NCBI RefSeq assembly: GCF_963921235.1
Contig: NC_086097.1
Location: forward strand, 183,832,001-183,896,000
DNA length: 64,000 nt
Reading direction: 5' to 3'
From: Mobula hypostoma
Taxonomy: Eukaryota
The notes under the pieces were generated by a model. The model saw only the letters and a program-made list of their open reading frames with translations. It was not told where the DNA came from and searched no databases. Every line of letters begins with the position of its first letter. The first letter of the stretch is position 1. A program made the translations under genes and the position numbers. This document shows positions 49,531 through 59,990 of this stretch, in pieces.

Positions 49531-52052
49531 GTTCTTGTGGTGGCTGGCATCGTGTTCCATGCCTTGATATGTGCTTAGAAGTTATTTAGAGCGGCAGGAA
49601 AGGAGGCGTCACTGGTACAGTGGATGCTGTTTTCCTTTGCGTAGTCAGTAATGCCCTTGGTGCTCAATCACGTACACTAGGGGTCATTTTTGGACAAGTG
49701 TCCTGAAAGTGTTTGCGTGTAAGTGGATTTTGCCTTGTTGCCTCAGTTAAGTTTTTGCCTGGATGCTCTGATAGCTGTTCTGTTTCCTGACTTGAGAGCA
49801 GCGTCCCATGCTCATACTAGGGAGTGCACCTCTGTGTTCAGGCAGGGCTTCTGGTTGGGCCATGAGATGACTGTTGTTAAGGTATCAACGTTGACTATAT
49901 ACTTACTCATGTGGCCGAAGAGAGATTCAGCCTCAAGGTCTTTGTCATCACTGTTTGTGCTGGCTTCCTTGAACACCTGCCTGTTTGTCTGTTCAAAACA
50001 ATCATGAAGCAGAGAGATTGCCTCATTAGGCCACAGAGTAATGGTCCTCCTGACTGGTTTCTCTATTTCTGCAGCAGTTGGTATGCGTGGATTAACATTA
50101 TGTGGTCAGAGAGGCCAAGATGAAGGGATGGGATGACTTTGTAAGTGTCACGTCTGTTGTGGATAAACATGGTCCAGTCTGTTTTTTTTCCCTCCAGTGG
50201 CCATGGTGACGTGTTGGTATAATTTAGGTAAAATGCCCTACAGGTTAACATGACTGAAGTCCCCTACAACCATGAAGAGACTGTCTGAATGCTTGTTTTG
50301 TAGAGTGTTGATTATATAGTACAGCTCTCCCAGTCATCCTCGGCGTTCACACTGGGATGTAGGCAGTGGTGATAAGCATAATAGTAAACTCCCTCAGCAG
50401 GTAATGTGGGTGACATTTAATTGTAAGATGTTCAATTGTCCCAGACAGTGGCTGCTAACTACAGGTGAGTTTGTGCATCAGCCTTTGTTGGTGCACACAC
50501 AGATTCCACCTCCTTTGGATTCCCCTGATAGGGAGTTTCTTTCCGCATGGAAAAGTCATCCATACACTTGAAGAAAGTATTAATTGATGAAGAAATACCG
50601 TACAACCTTGAATGTTGAATAGAATGGAACCTGAATCTTCACTGCTGATTATATCATATTTATTAGTTCATAAAACGTATGCCTAGCTTTCCCTCCATAT
50701 CATACATCAACCCACCTTGGAAATATACCACAACTCCTGCATCGTTGATGAGTGTACTCCCTCCCTCGTGACACTATAGAACCTTCACCTGATAGACAAC
50801 AGGAAATTCACCATCATCTCCTCAAGGCAATGAAGCATGAGTAATGAATGGTGCTGTTGCTAATAACACCCACATCTCATACACGAGTAAAGTAAACCCT
50901 AGATGCGTATAAAGAGGATTCAAAGCATATTTTTGGCTTACTTAATAACAAACAAACTAAGTTTAAAAGTTCAAAGTAAATTTATTATTAAAGTACATAC
51001 AGAATTCACCTATACAAAGTTTTCACTCCGCGCCCCCCCCCCCACCCTTGGAAGTTTTCATGTTTTATTGTTTTACAGAATTGAATCACAATGGATTTAA
51101 TTTGGCTTTTTTGACACTCATCAATAGAAAAAAGACTCTTATCAAAGTGAAAACAGATCTCTACAAAGTGATCTAAATTAACTACAAATATAAAACACAA
51201 AATAATTGATTGCAGAAGTATTCACCCTTTAATATGACGCATCAAATCATCACTGATGCAGCCAATTGGCTTTCGAAGTCACATAATTAGTTAAATGGAG
51301 ATCACCTGTGTGCGGTTGAGGTGTTTCAATTGATTGTAGTACAAATACACCTGTATCTGGCAGGTCCAACTGCTGGTGATAAGGTATCCTGACAAAATCT
51401 ACATCATGAAGAGAAAAGAATACTTCAAGCAACTCTGCAAAAGGTTATAGAAAGGCACAAGTTAGGAGATGGATGCAAGAAAATTTCTGAGTCACTGAAT
51501 ATCCCTTGGGGTACAGTTAAGTCAATCATCAAGAAATGGAAAGAATATGGCACAGTTGTAAATCTGCCTAGAGCAGGCCGCCCTCAATATCTGAATGACA
51601 GTGCAAGAAAAATTGAGCTTTTTGACCATCAGACTGAACTCTATGATTGGCATAAGGCAAACCCGCACATATACAAAAACACACCATCCCTGTCGTGAAG
51701 CATGGTGGTGGCTGCATCATACTGTGGGATGCTTCACTGCAGCAGGCTCTGGAAGGCTTGTGAAGGTAGAGAATGAAATGCATGCATCAAAGTACAGGGA
51801 AATCCTGGAGGAAAGCCTGATGTACTCTCAAAAGAACTATGACTTGGAGGAAGATTTGTTTTCTAGCAAAGCAATGACCCCAAGCATAAAGCCAAAGCTA
51901 CACTGGAATGGCTTAAAAACAAACAAAGTTATTGCCCTGGAGTGGCCAAGTCAGAGTCCAGACTTCAATCTAATTGAGAATTTGTGGCTGGACTTGAAAA
52001 GAGCTGTTCACTCATGATCCCCATGCAATCTGACAGAGCTTGAGCAGTTTTG

Positions 52053-52912
52053 TTGTCGTCAGGTGGTGTCCAACCTTCAGAGAGTGCTTTGACCCTTAAT
52101 CACTATACTCCTTAGTTGGCAGATCAGCTGTAGTGGCCAAGTCACTGCCCATCTGCTCCTGACTTTGAACTCAAGCCCTCTCACCTGCTCCATATCCAGC
52201 AAGAGGCTCTTTCTGCTTCCTCCCCCATCCTGTGTGCTGCTTGGTTCTTGCTTTTTTCATCAAGGCCCTGTGCAGACAGCAACTTCCATGCTGACCTTGC
52301 TGGAAACCTTTTACAGCCAATCTCCATGGGGAATAGACACGTCTGCTATCCTTTGTCTCTGCACTCCTGAACTAAGGACTGGTACCTCAGGGCTTTCCTC
52401 TTGTGAGCCTCCTTGCATCCTTCCTCCCATGGTACTATGAGCTCCACCAGGATGATTTTCTTCGACCACAGTATGACGTCACAACCTCTAGGAAGTGCAG
52501 TTTCCTCCCCATATCAACCCTCCTCTCCCATAATTTGGCAGTTGCAACAGATTGGATTTGAGCCTCTTTGATATTACTGGCGTGGCCCTCTTCTTGATGA
52601 GAATGGCTACCCTGTTTGCCTCTTGTCTTGTCCATACTGCACGAACTGCCGCTGCTGGGCTATAATCGTGCAGGAGCAACGAGTGGTTAAGTGCCTTGCT
52701 CAAGGACACACCACGCTGCCTCAGCTGAGGCTTGAACTCGCGACTTTCAGATCACTAGTCCAACGCCTTAACCACTTGGCCACGCACCAACACTCTCTGC
52801 CAGCTGGTCTCTTTTTACACCTCTCCCGCTCCAGCGTGTCAGCAAGGGAAAGCAGGACCTCGTTGTGGCACCACATATTCCACCCTTGTGTTAAAGCTGT
52901 TTTGCATTCTGA
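52053..52912 (-). mobile_element. Hero-like RLE non-LTR retrotransposon 3' fragment inside the Tc1
   Basis: CKTALTQGW...WCHNEVLLSLADTLERERCKKR (ORF 52721..52936); homologous to 57555-58740. Confidence 0.85.
52612..52791 (-). mobile_element. tRNA-derived SINE with CORE-like segment
   Basis: Minus strand: A-box tggccaagtgg, B-box gagttcaagcc, then gtgtccttgagcaaggcacttaacc. Confidence 0.8.
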
Positions 52913-53439
52913 TTGTAATTGCTGCCAAAGGTGCATCTACTAAATACAGACTTGAATGGGGTGAGTAATTATGCAATCAATTATTCTGTGTCTAATAATT
53001 GTAATAAATTTAGACCAATTTGTAGAAAAAATGTTTTCACGTTGACACGAAAGTGTCTTTTCTGTTGATCAGTGCCAAAAAATCAAATTAAATCCATTGT
53101 GATTCAATCTTGTAAAACAATTAAACTTTAAAACTTTCGTGGGGGGAGGGTGAATACTTTTTAGAGGCACTGTATATAGCACTATATACAATCCAGAGAC
53201 TCATTTTCTTGTGGGCATTCACAGTAAATACAAGAATAAACTCGATTAAAAACCCCACCCAACAGGATGCACAAACAACCAACATACAAAAGGTACCAAA
53301 CTGTGCAAATACAAAAATAAATAAATAAATAAACAATAAACATCAAGAGCATCAGATGAAGTGTCCTCATAAGTCAGCCCATAGTTTGTGGGAACAATTC
53401 AATGATGAAACATGTCAACTCCTGCCTGAGAAGCAACTT

Positions 53440-54781
53440 GGATCTGCTCCAATTTGTCTACTGGCACAACAGGTCTGCAGCAGATGTTATTTCAATGGCT
53501 TATCACTCAATCCTGGAACATCTGGACAGCAAAATGCATGTATCAGGATGCATTTTATACTAATCAGCATTTGACACTATCATCCCCTCCAAACTAATCA
53601 ATAAGCTTCAAGACTTTGACCTGAACATCTTGTGCAATTGGATCCTCAATTTCCTAAGCTGCAGACCTCAGTCAGTTTGGTTTGGCAACGACATCTCCTC
53701 CACAATCGCCATCAGCACAGGTGTCCAACAGGGCTGCGTGCTTAGCCTCTGCCCTGTTCAGTTTGCATTTATGACTGTGTGGCGCAGCACAGTTCCCACG
53801 TCATTTTTAGGTTTGATGACGATACCACCGTTATAGACCGAATCAAAAGTGGTGAAGAATTAGCATATAGGAGGGAGACTGAAAATCTGGCTGAGTGGTA
53901 CCACAACAACAACCTCTTACTCAATGTCAGCAAGACCAAGTAGTTGGTTATTGACTTCGGGAGGAGGAAACCAGAGGTCTATGAGCCAGTCCTCAACAGG
54001 GAATCAGAGGTGGAGAGGGTCAGCAACATTAAATTCTTCGGTCTTATCATTTCAGAGGACACGTCCTAGGCCCAGCACATAAATGCAATTATGACGAAAG
54101 CACATTAGTGCCTCTACTTTCTTAGGGGTTTATGGAATTCAGCATGACATCTTAAACTTCGACAAACTTCTAGTGATGTGTGGTGGAGAGTATATTGACT
54201 GGTTGCGTCAGAGTCTGATATGGAAACACCAATACCCTTGAATGGAAAATCCTACCAAACTGGTGAATACGGCTCAGCCCGTCACAGGTAAAACCTTCCC
54301 CTCCATTGAGCATTTCTACATGGAAAGCTGTTGCAGGAAAGTAGCATCCATCTTAAGAAACTCCCACCACCCAGATCGTGCTTTCTTCTTGCTGCTGCTA
54401 TCAGGAAGAAGGTACAGGAGCCTCAGGATTCACATCACCAGGTTCAGGAACAGTTATTACCTCTCAACTATCAGGCTCTTGAACCATTGGGGATTACTTC
54501 ACTCAACTTCACTTGTCCTATCACTCAATGATTCGCGTAACCTATGGACTGTCAAGGACTCTTCATCTCATGTTCTCGATATTTATTGTTTATTTATTTA
54601 TTATTTATTTATTTTGTATTTGCACAGTTTGTTGCCTTTTGGACATTGGTTGAACGACCAAGTTGGTGTTGTCTTTCATTGATTCTATTATGATTTATTG
54701 AGTATACCAACAGAAAATGAATCTCAGGCTGTATATGGTGACATATATGTACTTTGATAATAAATTTACTTTGAACTTTGG
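53440..54781 (+). mobile_element. Rex1/Babar RT to 3' tail
   Basis: [26 protein letters not shown] (ORF 54242..54682); aataaatttactttgaactttg tail. Confidence 0.9.
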
Positions 54782-56509
54782 ATGAGTGAAATTGAGTTAA
54801 GTTATTCCCTCTGGTTCAGGATCCTAATGGTTAAGGGGTAATAACTCTTCCTGAACGTGACAGTGTGGGTCCTGAATTGCCTGCACCTTCTTCCGGATGG
54901 CAATGGTGAGAAGAGACCATGGTCTGGATGGTGAGGGTTCTTAATGATAGATGCTGCTTTCCTGTGACAGTACTCCGTGTAGATGTGCTCAATGGTTGGT
55001 AGGACTGTAACCATGATTTACTGAGCCATATTAACTTGCGTTTTGTAGACTTCAAGAGCATACCAGACCATGATGCAACCAGTCAATATAAACTCTGCCA
55101 CATATCTATAGAAGTTTGTCAAAGATTTAGATGACATACAAAGTCCTCACAAACTTCTAAGAAAGTAGAGGTGTTGCCGTGCTCTTTGTAATGGCACTTA
55201 CGTGCTGAACCCAGGGCAGGTCCTCTGAAATGATAACACCAAGGAATTTAATGTTGCTGACTCTCTCTATCTCTGATTCTCTGATGATGACTGGTTCATC
55301 GATCTCCGGTTTCCTCCTCCTGAGCACTTACAAAATGCTAGGCAGTGTATTTCCAGGTCATAATGAGTATTTTGACATAATTTCCACACCCAAGAAAATG
55401 AGGTGCCAACAAATGTCATGACTTTTTTTATGTATCAGGCCACTGATATTCCAAGGTGGATCACTGAGCTGTGAATATTTTTACTCCTCTTTTTCTTTTT
55501 CAGTTTTTTTGTTCCAACTGAAATAATTTCTCATCCCCTATCCCAACTTTGTGATAAATCATTCCCCCATTGTCCTCTCACTTCCTCCCTGTCTTTCACT
55601 TTAATTTCTCTTCTCTATTTTTATGATACTCTTTTCTTCCACCTCTTTTGCCAAAATCCTCAAAATATTCTGCATCTTATTAACAAGATTTGATCTGAAC
55701 ACAGGGTACCGTGTTGTCTTGACTACATCTATGTAAAATTGCAATTTTATATCTCCATATAATATCAAAACTTTGGGAAGGATGGTGCAGAAGTAAGGTA
55801 GTTTCTGGACACAGAAAAGCATGTAGCTTGAAGTAGATTTATAATGATGTTCATAAAAATTACCCTGTTTTTAGATAGATTTTTAAATGATGAAATACAT
55901 TTATTGAAAATCGATCATACAGTGAGGAGCTGACTGATATAATCCTTTAACAAGTTCAAGAAACCAAACATTGAAGATCAAATGGGAAAAATAGAGAAAA
56001 GAATTTGGAATTTTATGCTTATCAGATATGAAGCCACTCATATGATCTGAGGGTCAGGTATTTTAGAAATGCTTTAATAAGGTTCAACGTACTGAAGTGA
56101 TGCCATTCTGTGAAGAATGTCAAAAAGTTGTCTCTGTCACAGGAACATAGCATCAACTAGAATGTTGCTGCTTCAAGCCAGTACTATCTCACAATACCTC
56201 CATTAGACAAGCCAAGAGCCAATTAAAAGAAATAAAACCTTCATTTCCCATGTGAACAACTTTGACAAACAATGTGGTGTGTCATAGAGAGCCAAAGACG
56301 CAAGGATGTCAAATGAAGAATCAAGGGGATTGAACTGAGAACTGTGAACATGTAATTAGGATTGAACAAACACTTTGGATATGATACCTTAGTTAACCCT
56401 TTCCTCCCATGTTCTGATTCCTTTGCTTTCAATTCTTGAATAGCAAAGTGCAGAAGCTTGAAAGCTGAAGTAAACACAGGAAATGCTGGACACACTCAGT
56501 AGGTCATCC

Positions 56510-56808
56510 ATGTAAAAAGGGCTCGTAGGATCATTGTGGACCCAAGCCATCCCAACCACAATCTATTCCATCTGCTATCATCCATACACCGCAGCATAAA
56601 AGCCAGGCTCTAGGACAGCTACTTCCACCAGGCCATCTGACTGATTAACTCACACTTTCTTGAGTGTACTCTATATTACATTGACTGTTCTATTTATTAT
56701 AAGTTATTACTAATTATTATGATTGCACATTTAGATGGAGACGTAATTTAAAGATTTTTACTCCTCATGTATGTGAAGGATGTAAGAAATAAAGTCAATT
56801 CAATTCAA
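56510..56808 (+). mobile_element. Rex1/Babar 3' end with (CAATT)n tail
   Basis: DPSHPNHNLFHLLSS...DSYFHQAI; aataaagtcaattcaattcaa. Confidence 0.8.
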
Positions 56809-57457
56809 GCAACACACAAAATGCTGGTGGAACGCAGCAGGCCAGGCAGCATCTATAGGAAGAAGTACAGTCAACGTTTCGGGTCGAGACCCTTCATCAA
56901 GACTAACAGAAAAAAGAGATAGTAAGAGATTTGAAAGTGAGGGGGGGAGACCCAAAATGATAGGAGAAGACAGGAGGGGGAGGGATGAAGCCAGGAGCTG
57001 GGAAGTCGATTGGCAAAAGGGATACAAACCTGAAGAAGGGGGAGTGTTATAGGATGAAAGGCCTAGGAAGAAAGAACGGGGAAGGGGAGAACCAGAAGAA
57101 GATGGAGAATAGGCAAGGAGCTATTGTGAGAGGGAAAGAGAGAAAAAAAAATTAGGGAAGGGGTAAGTAGGAGAGCAGGGGCATTAGTGGAAGTTAGAGA
57201 AGTCAATGTTGATGCCATCAGGTTGGAGGCTAACCAGACGGAATATAAGGTGTTGTTCCTCCAACCTGTGTGTGGCTTCGTCTCGACAGTAGAGGAGGCC
57301 ATGTATTGACATATTGGAATGAGAGTGGGACGTGGAATTAAAATGTGTGGCCACTGGGAGGTCCTGCTTCCTCTGGTGTACAGAGCGTAGGTGTTCAGCG
57401 AAGCGGTCTCCCAATCTGTGTCAGGTCTCATCAATATGTAGAAGGCCACATCGGGAG
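56809..57457 (-). mobile_element. Penelope-like element 3' part (GIY-YIG C-terminus + terminal module)
   Basis: ORF 57184..57414 GDRFAEHLRSV...PVATHFN...RLEEQHLIFRL..LQPDGIN; flanked by CAATTCAATTCAA at 56796-56808 and 57458-57470. Confidence 0.9.
56867..56906 (-). ncRNA. Minimal type-I hammerhead ribozyme-like motif of the Penelope element
   Basis: Minus strand TAGTC-TTGATGA-A-GGGTC-TC-GACCC-GAAAC-GTT-GACTG: stem I, core (C3 replaced by T), stem II, GAAA, palindromic ACGT stem III. Confidence 0.7.
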
Positions 57458-57554
57458 CAATTCAATTCAATATCTGTGGAAAAAGAAACAGTTAATGTTT
57501 CAGGCCTTGTTACATACACCTGTTAAGGTGCATTCTCCAGTTACCTTATAAGTT

Positions 57555-58740
57555 AACCATATAAGATGTCATCAGGTGGTTCCCAAATTTCACAGTGCGT
57601 TTCGACCCTTAAACATGACAGTCTCCAGTTGGTGGGCCGGCAGTGGTGGCCAAATCACTGCCCATCTGTTCCTAGCTTCCAGCTTCCCTCCTGTCGCCTA
57701 CTCCAAATCCAACAAGAGGCTCGTTCTGCCTCTTCCCCCATCTTATGAGCTGCTTGTTTTTTGCTCCTTTTGTCCAGGCCCAGATCTGACAACAACCGCC
57801 ATGCTGATTTGGCTGGGAAACCTATGCAGCCAATCTCCACAGGGAATAACCATGCCTGCCATCCCTTGTCTTTAAACTCCTGCACTAAGGGCTGGTACCT
57901 TAAGGCCTTTCTCTCATGGGCCTCTTCCCATCCCTCCTCCCACGGCATAGTCAGCTCAACCGGAATTATTTTCTTGTCTTCGGTTGACCACAGTACAATA
58001 TCCGGGCATAGGGTTGTGTGCACCACATCCGGGAACAGCAACCTCCTTCCCACATCGACCCTCATCTCCCAGGACCTGGCCGTTAGCAGCAGATTGGGCT
58101 TTGGTTGTTTGGTTACGAAAGGCCTAGCTCCCTCTTTGATGAAGGTGATAGCCTTCCTCAAATCTGTGCCAGCTGTCCTCTTCTTGCATCTCTCCCGCTC
58201 CAGTGTGTCAGCAAGAGCCAGAAGCACCTTATCATGGCGCCACCTATACCGTCCTTGAGATAGAGCTATTTTACACCCAGACAGTATATGAGCCAGTGTC
58301 CCCTTTTGACCACAGAGCTTACAGTTCGGGTCCTCTCTCATTCCTCATGTGTACAGATGTAATGGCGAAGGAAGGGTGTCATACATGGATCGCAAGAGGA
58401 ACGAAATACGGAAGGACTCCAGTCTCCATAACTCTGCCCATGAGATCTTGTGCTTGGGCAGATCCCATTTTGACCAGACACCCTGGGACCCTTGTTCCAC
58501 TGCCTTTGAAATACACTTCTCTTCCTCACGGATCCGTACTTCTGCCTGTATCATGTCTCGCCTGTTCCTTATGCTTGCGTTTCCCCACTTCTAGAAGAAA
58601 ACTGAGCCGAGGCCTTGCCGGGGTTGCCGATGATATCTCGCAGCTTCAGAGAACACACTGCCTCCTCCACAGCTGCGTTGGCTGCCCACTTGCACCCAGA
58701 TCTGGTTGTAACGCCTGCTTGCAGAAACTCTCTTCTTCAG
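57555..58740 (-). mobile_element. Hero-like RLE non-LTR retrotransposon, 5'-truncated (zinc knuckle + restriction-like endonuclease)
   Basis: ORF 57655..58341: CKLC...HILSGC (CCHC), RHDKVL, PDIVLW...VELTMPWEE, ERKALRY, PVEIGCIGF. Confidence 0.92.
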
Positions 58741-58829
58741 AACCGGGAAGGTTGGCATTAAGTTGCATGGAGGATGAGAGAGAATTGAGTGATATAAAGA
58801 AAATATCTCTGATAGGGGATCAGAGGAAG

Positions 58830-58950
58830 CGTCCTGTGGAAGAGTCTCGGTCTGAAACATTGACTGTTTTTTCACTTCCATAGATGCTGCCTGACCTGCT
58901 GAGTTCCTCCAGAATTTTATGTGTGTTGCTTTGGATTTCCAACTTCTGCG
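58830..58950 (+). mobile_element. Solo Penelope terminal module, degenerate hammerhead
   Basis: cctgtggaagagtctcggtctgaaacattgactg...gatgctgcctgacctgctgagttcctccag. Confidence 0.75.
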
Positions 58951-58999
58951 GCCTTTCTCGTGCTATGATAGCTTGTAGCCAAGGCTCTGAAGATAAACT

Positions 59000-59610
59000 G
59001 AAAATAAGATGTAGGAGCAGAATTAGGTCACTTGACCTGTCGCCTTTTCTCTGCCATTTTGTCATGCTGATACATTTTCCCTCTCAGCCCCAATCTCCCG
59101 CCTTCTCCCCATGTCCCTTCATGCGCTGACATATCAAGAATCTATCAACCTCTGCCTTAAACATACACAATGACTTGGTCTTCACAGTCGCCTGTGAATT
59201 CCACAGATTCACCACAGTTTGGCTAATGAAATTTCTCCTCATCTCCGTTCTAAAAGGACACCCCTCTATTCTGAGGCTGGTTTTAGGCTGTATCCCCCAC
59301 CACAGGAAACATCCTCACCACATCCACTCTACCGAGGTCTTTCAACATAAGATAGGTTTCAATGAGATTCCCCCCTCATTCTTCTGAATTCCAGTGAGTA
59401 CAGGCCCAAGGCCATCAAACGCTCCTCATATGACAAGCTCCTCAATCCCACAATCATTTTTGTGAACCTCCTTTGGATCCTCTCCAATGTCAGCACATCC
59501 TTTCTTAGCCCAGAACTGCTCACAGTACCACAAGTGAATCTCATCATCACATCCTTTTATATTTGAGTCCTGTCGAAATGATTGCTAATATTGCAATTGC
59601 CTTCCTCGCT
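59000..59610 (-). mobile_element. CR1 3' fragment
   Basis: ORF 59359..59550 RKDVLTLERIQRRFTKMI...LGLYSLEFRRMRG. Confidence 0.9.
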
Positions 59611-59990
59611 ATGAGGCCACATGATACTTGAGCTATTGCAGCCAATTATGGAGTGAAACCATGATCCTTTCTTCATAAAATACGAAATAAGGGCTGTTGG
59701 TGAGTGAGAACTTAAATGAAAGAATGATATAAAAGCTGTGAAATGCAGAACTGCATGACATGCCCAGAAGCTTGGGCTGTGCTAATTGGCAGGGAAAAAC
59801 TGAAACCAATTTTGTAATGAATGACTGGGCTCATTCTGATACAGACAGAGAAAATAGGTTACTGGAATTTTCTCAAGTATTTAACCCTCACCCAATTGAA
59901 TACATTTTGGAAATCTGGTTCTATTATTGTATACTGGAACCATGCTACATTGACGTTGCTGGCAGCAATTGGTTCCTTAAGGTTGTTATA

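Larger units (their letters stand above)
42212..50560 (-). mobile_element. Near-full-length Rex1/Babar LINE split into four pieces by three CR1 insertions
   Basis: Pieces in coding order on minus: 50560-49540 (KCHPHYLLREF, LGLSDH endonuclease), 46095-46030, 45072-44905, 43295-42212 (LNDYRPVALTPIVMKCFE, KFSDGTT, tail). Confidence 0.85.
51000..53172 (+). mobile_element. Tc1-like DNA transposon, IR/DR type, internally deleted
   Basis: TA on both flanks; roughly 210-230 bp TIRs each with two aagtattcaccc-like direct repeats; transposase remnants MKRKE..., KKISESLNIPWGTVKSIIKKWK, WPSQSPDFNLIENLW. Confidence 0.92.
50965..55320 (-). mobile_element. Rex1/Babar 3' portion hosting the Tc1 and a second Rex1
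   Basis: Tail 50965-50999, UTR 53173-53410, ORF end 54783-55320 (RKAASIIKNPHHPDH...FRKSYYP) are collinear. Confidence 0.8.

Noticed and set aside
52720..52791. tRNA-like sequence on the minus strand
   Set aside because: Acceptor stem is not complementary and it runs directly into a SINE body; it is a SINE head, not a tRNA gene
57565..57615. GAAAC...CTGATGA on minus in the Hero 3' UTR, resembling a permuted hammerhead
   Set aside because: Stem II cannot close (C opposite C), there is no proper stem III/UH, and the second copy lacks GAAAC; better explained as a 3' UTR stem-loop
57761..58883. Long plus-strand ORFs of 165 and 226 aa
   Set aside because: Antisense shadows of the Hero-like ORF
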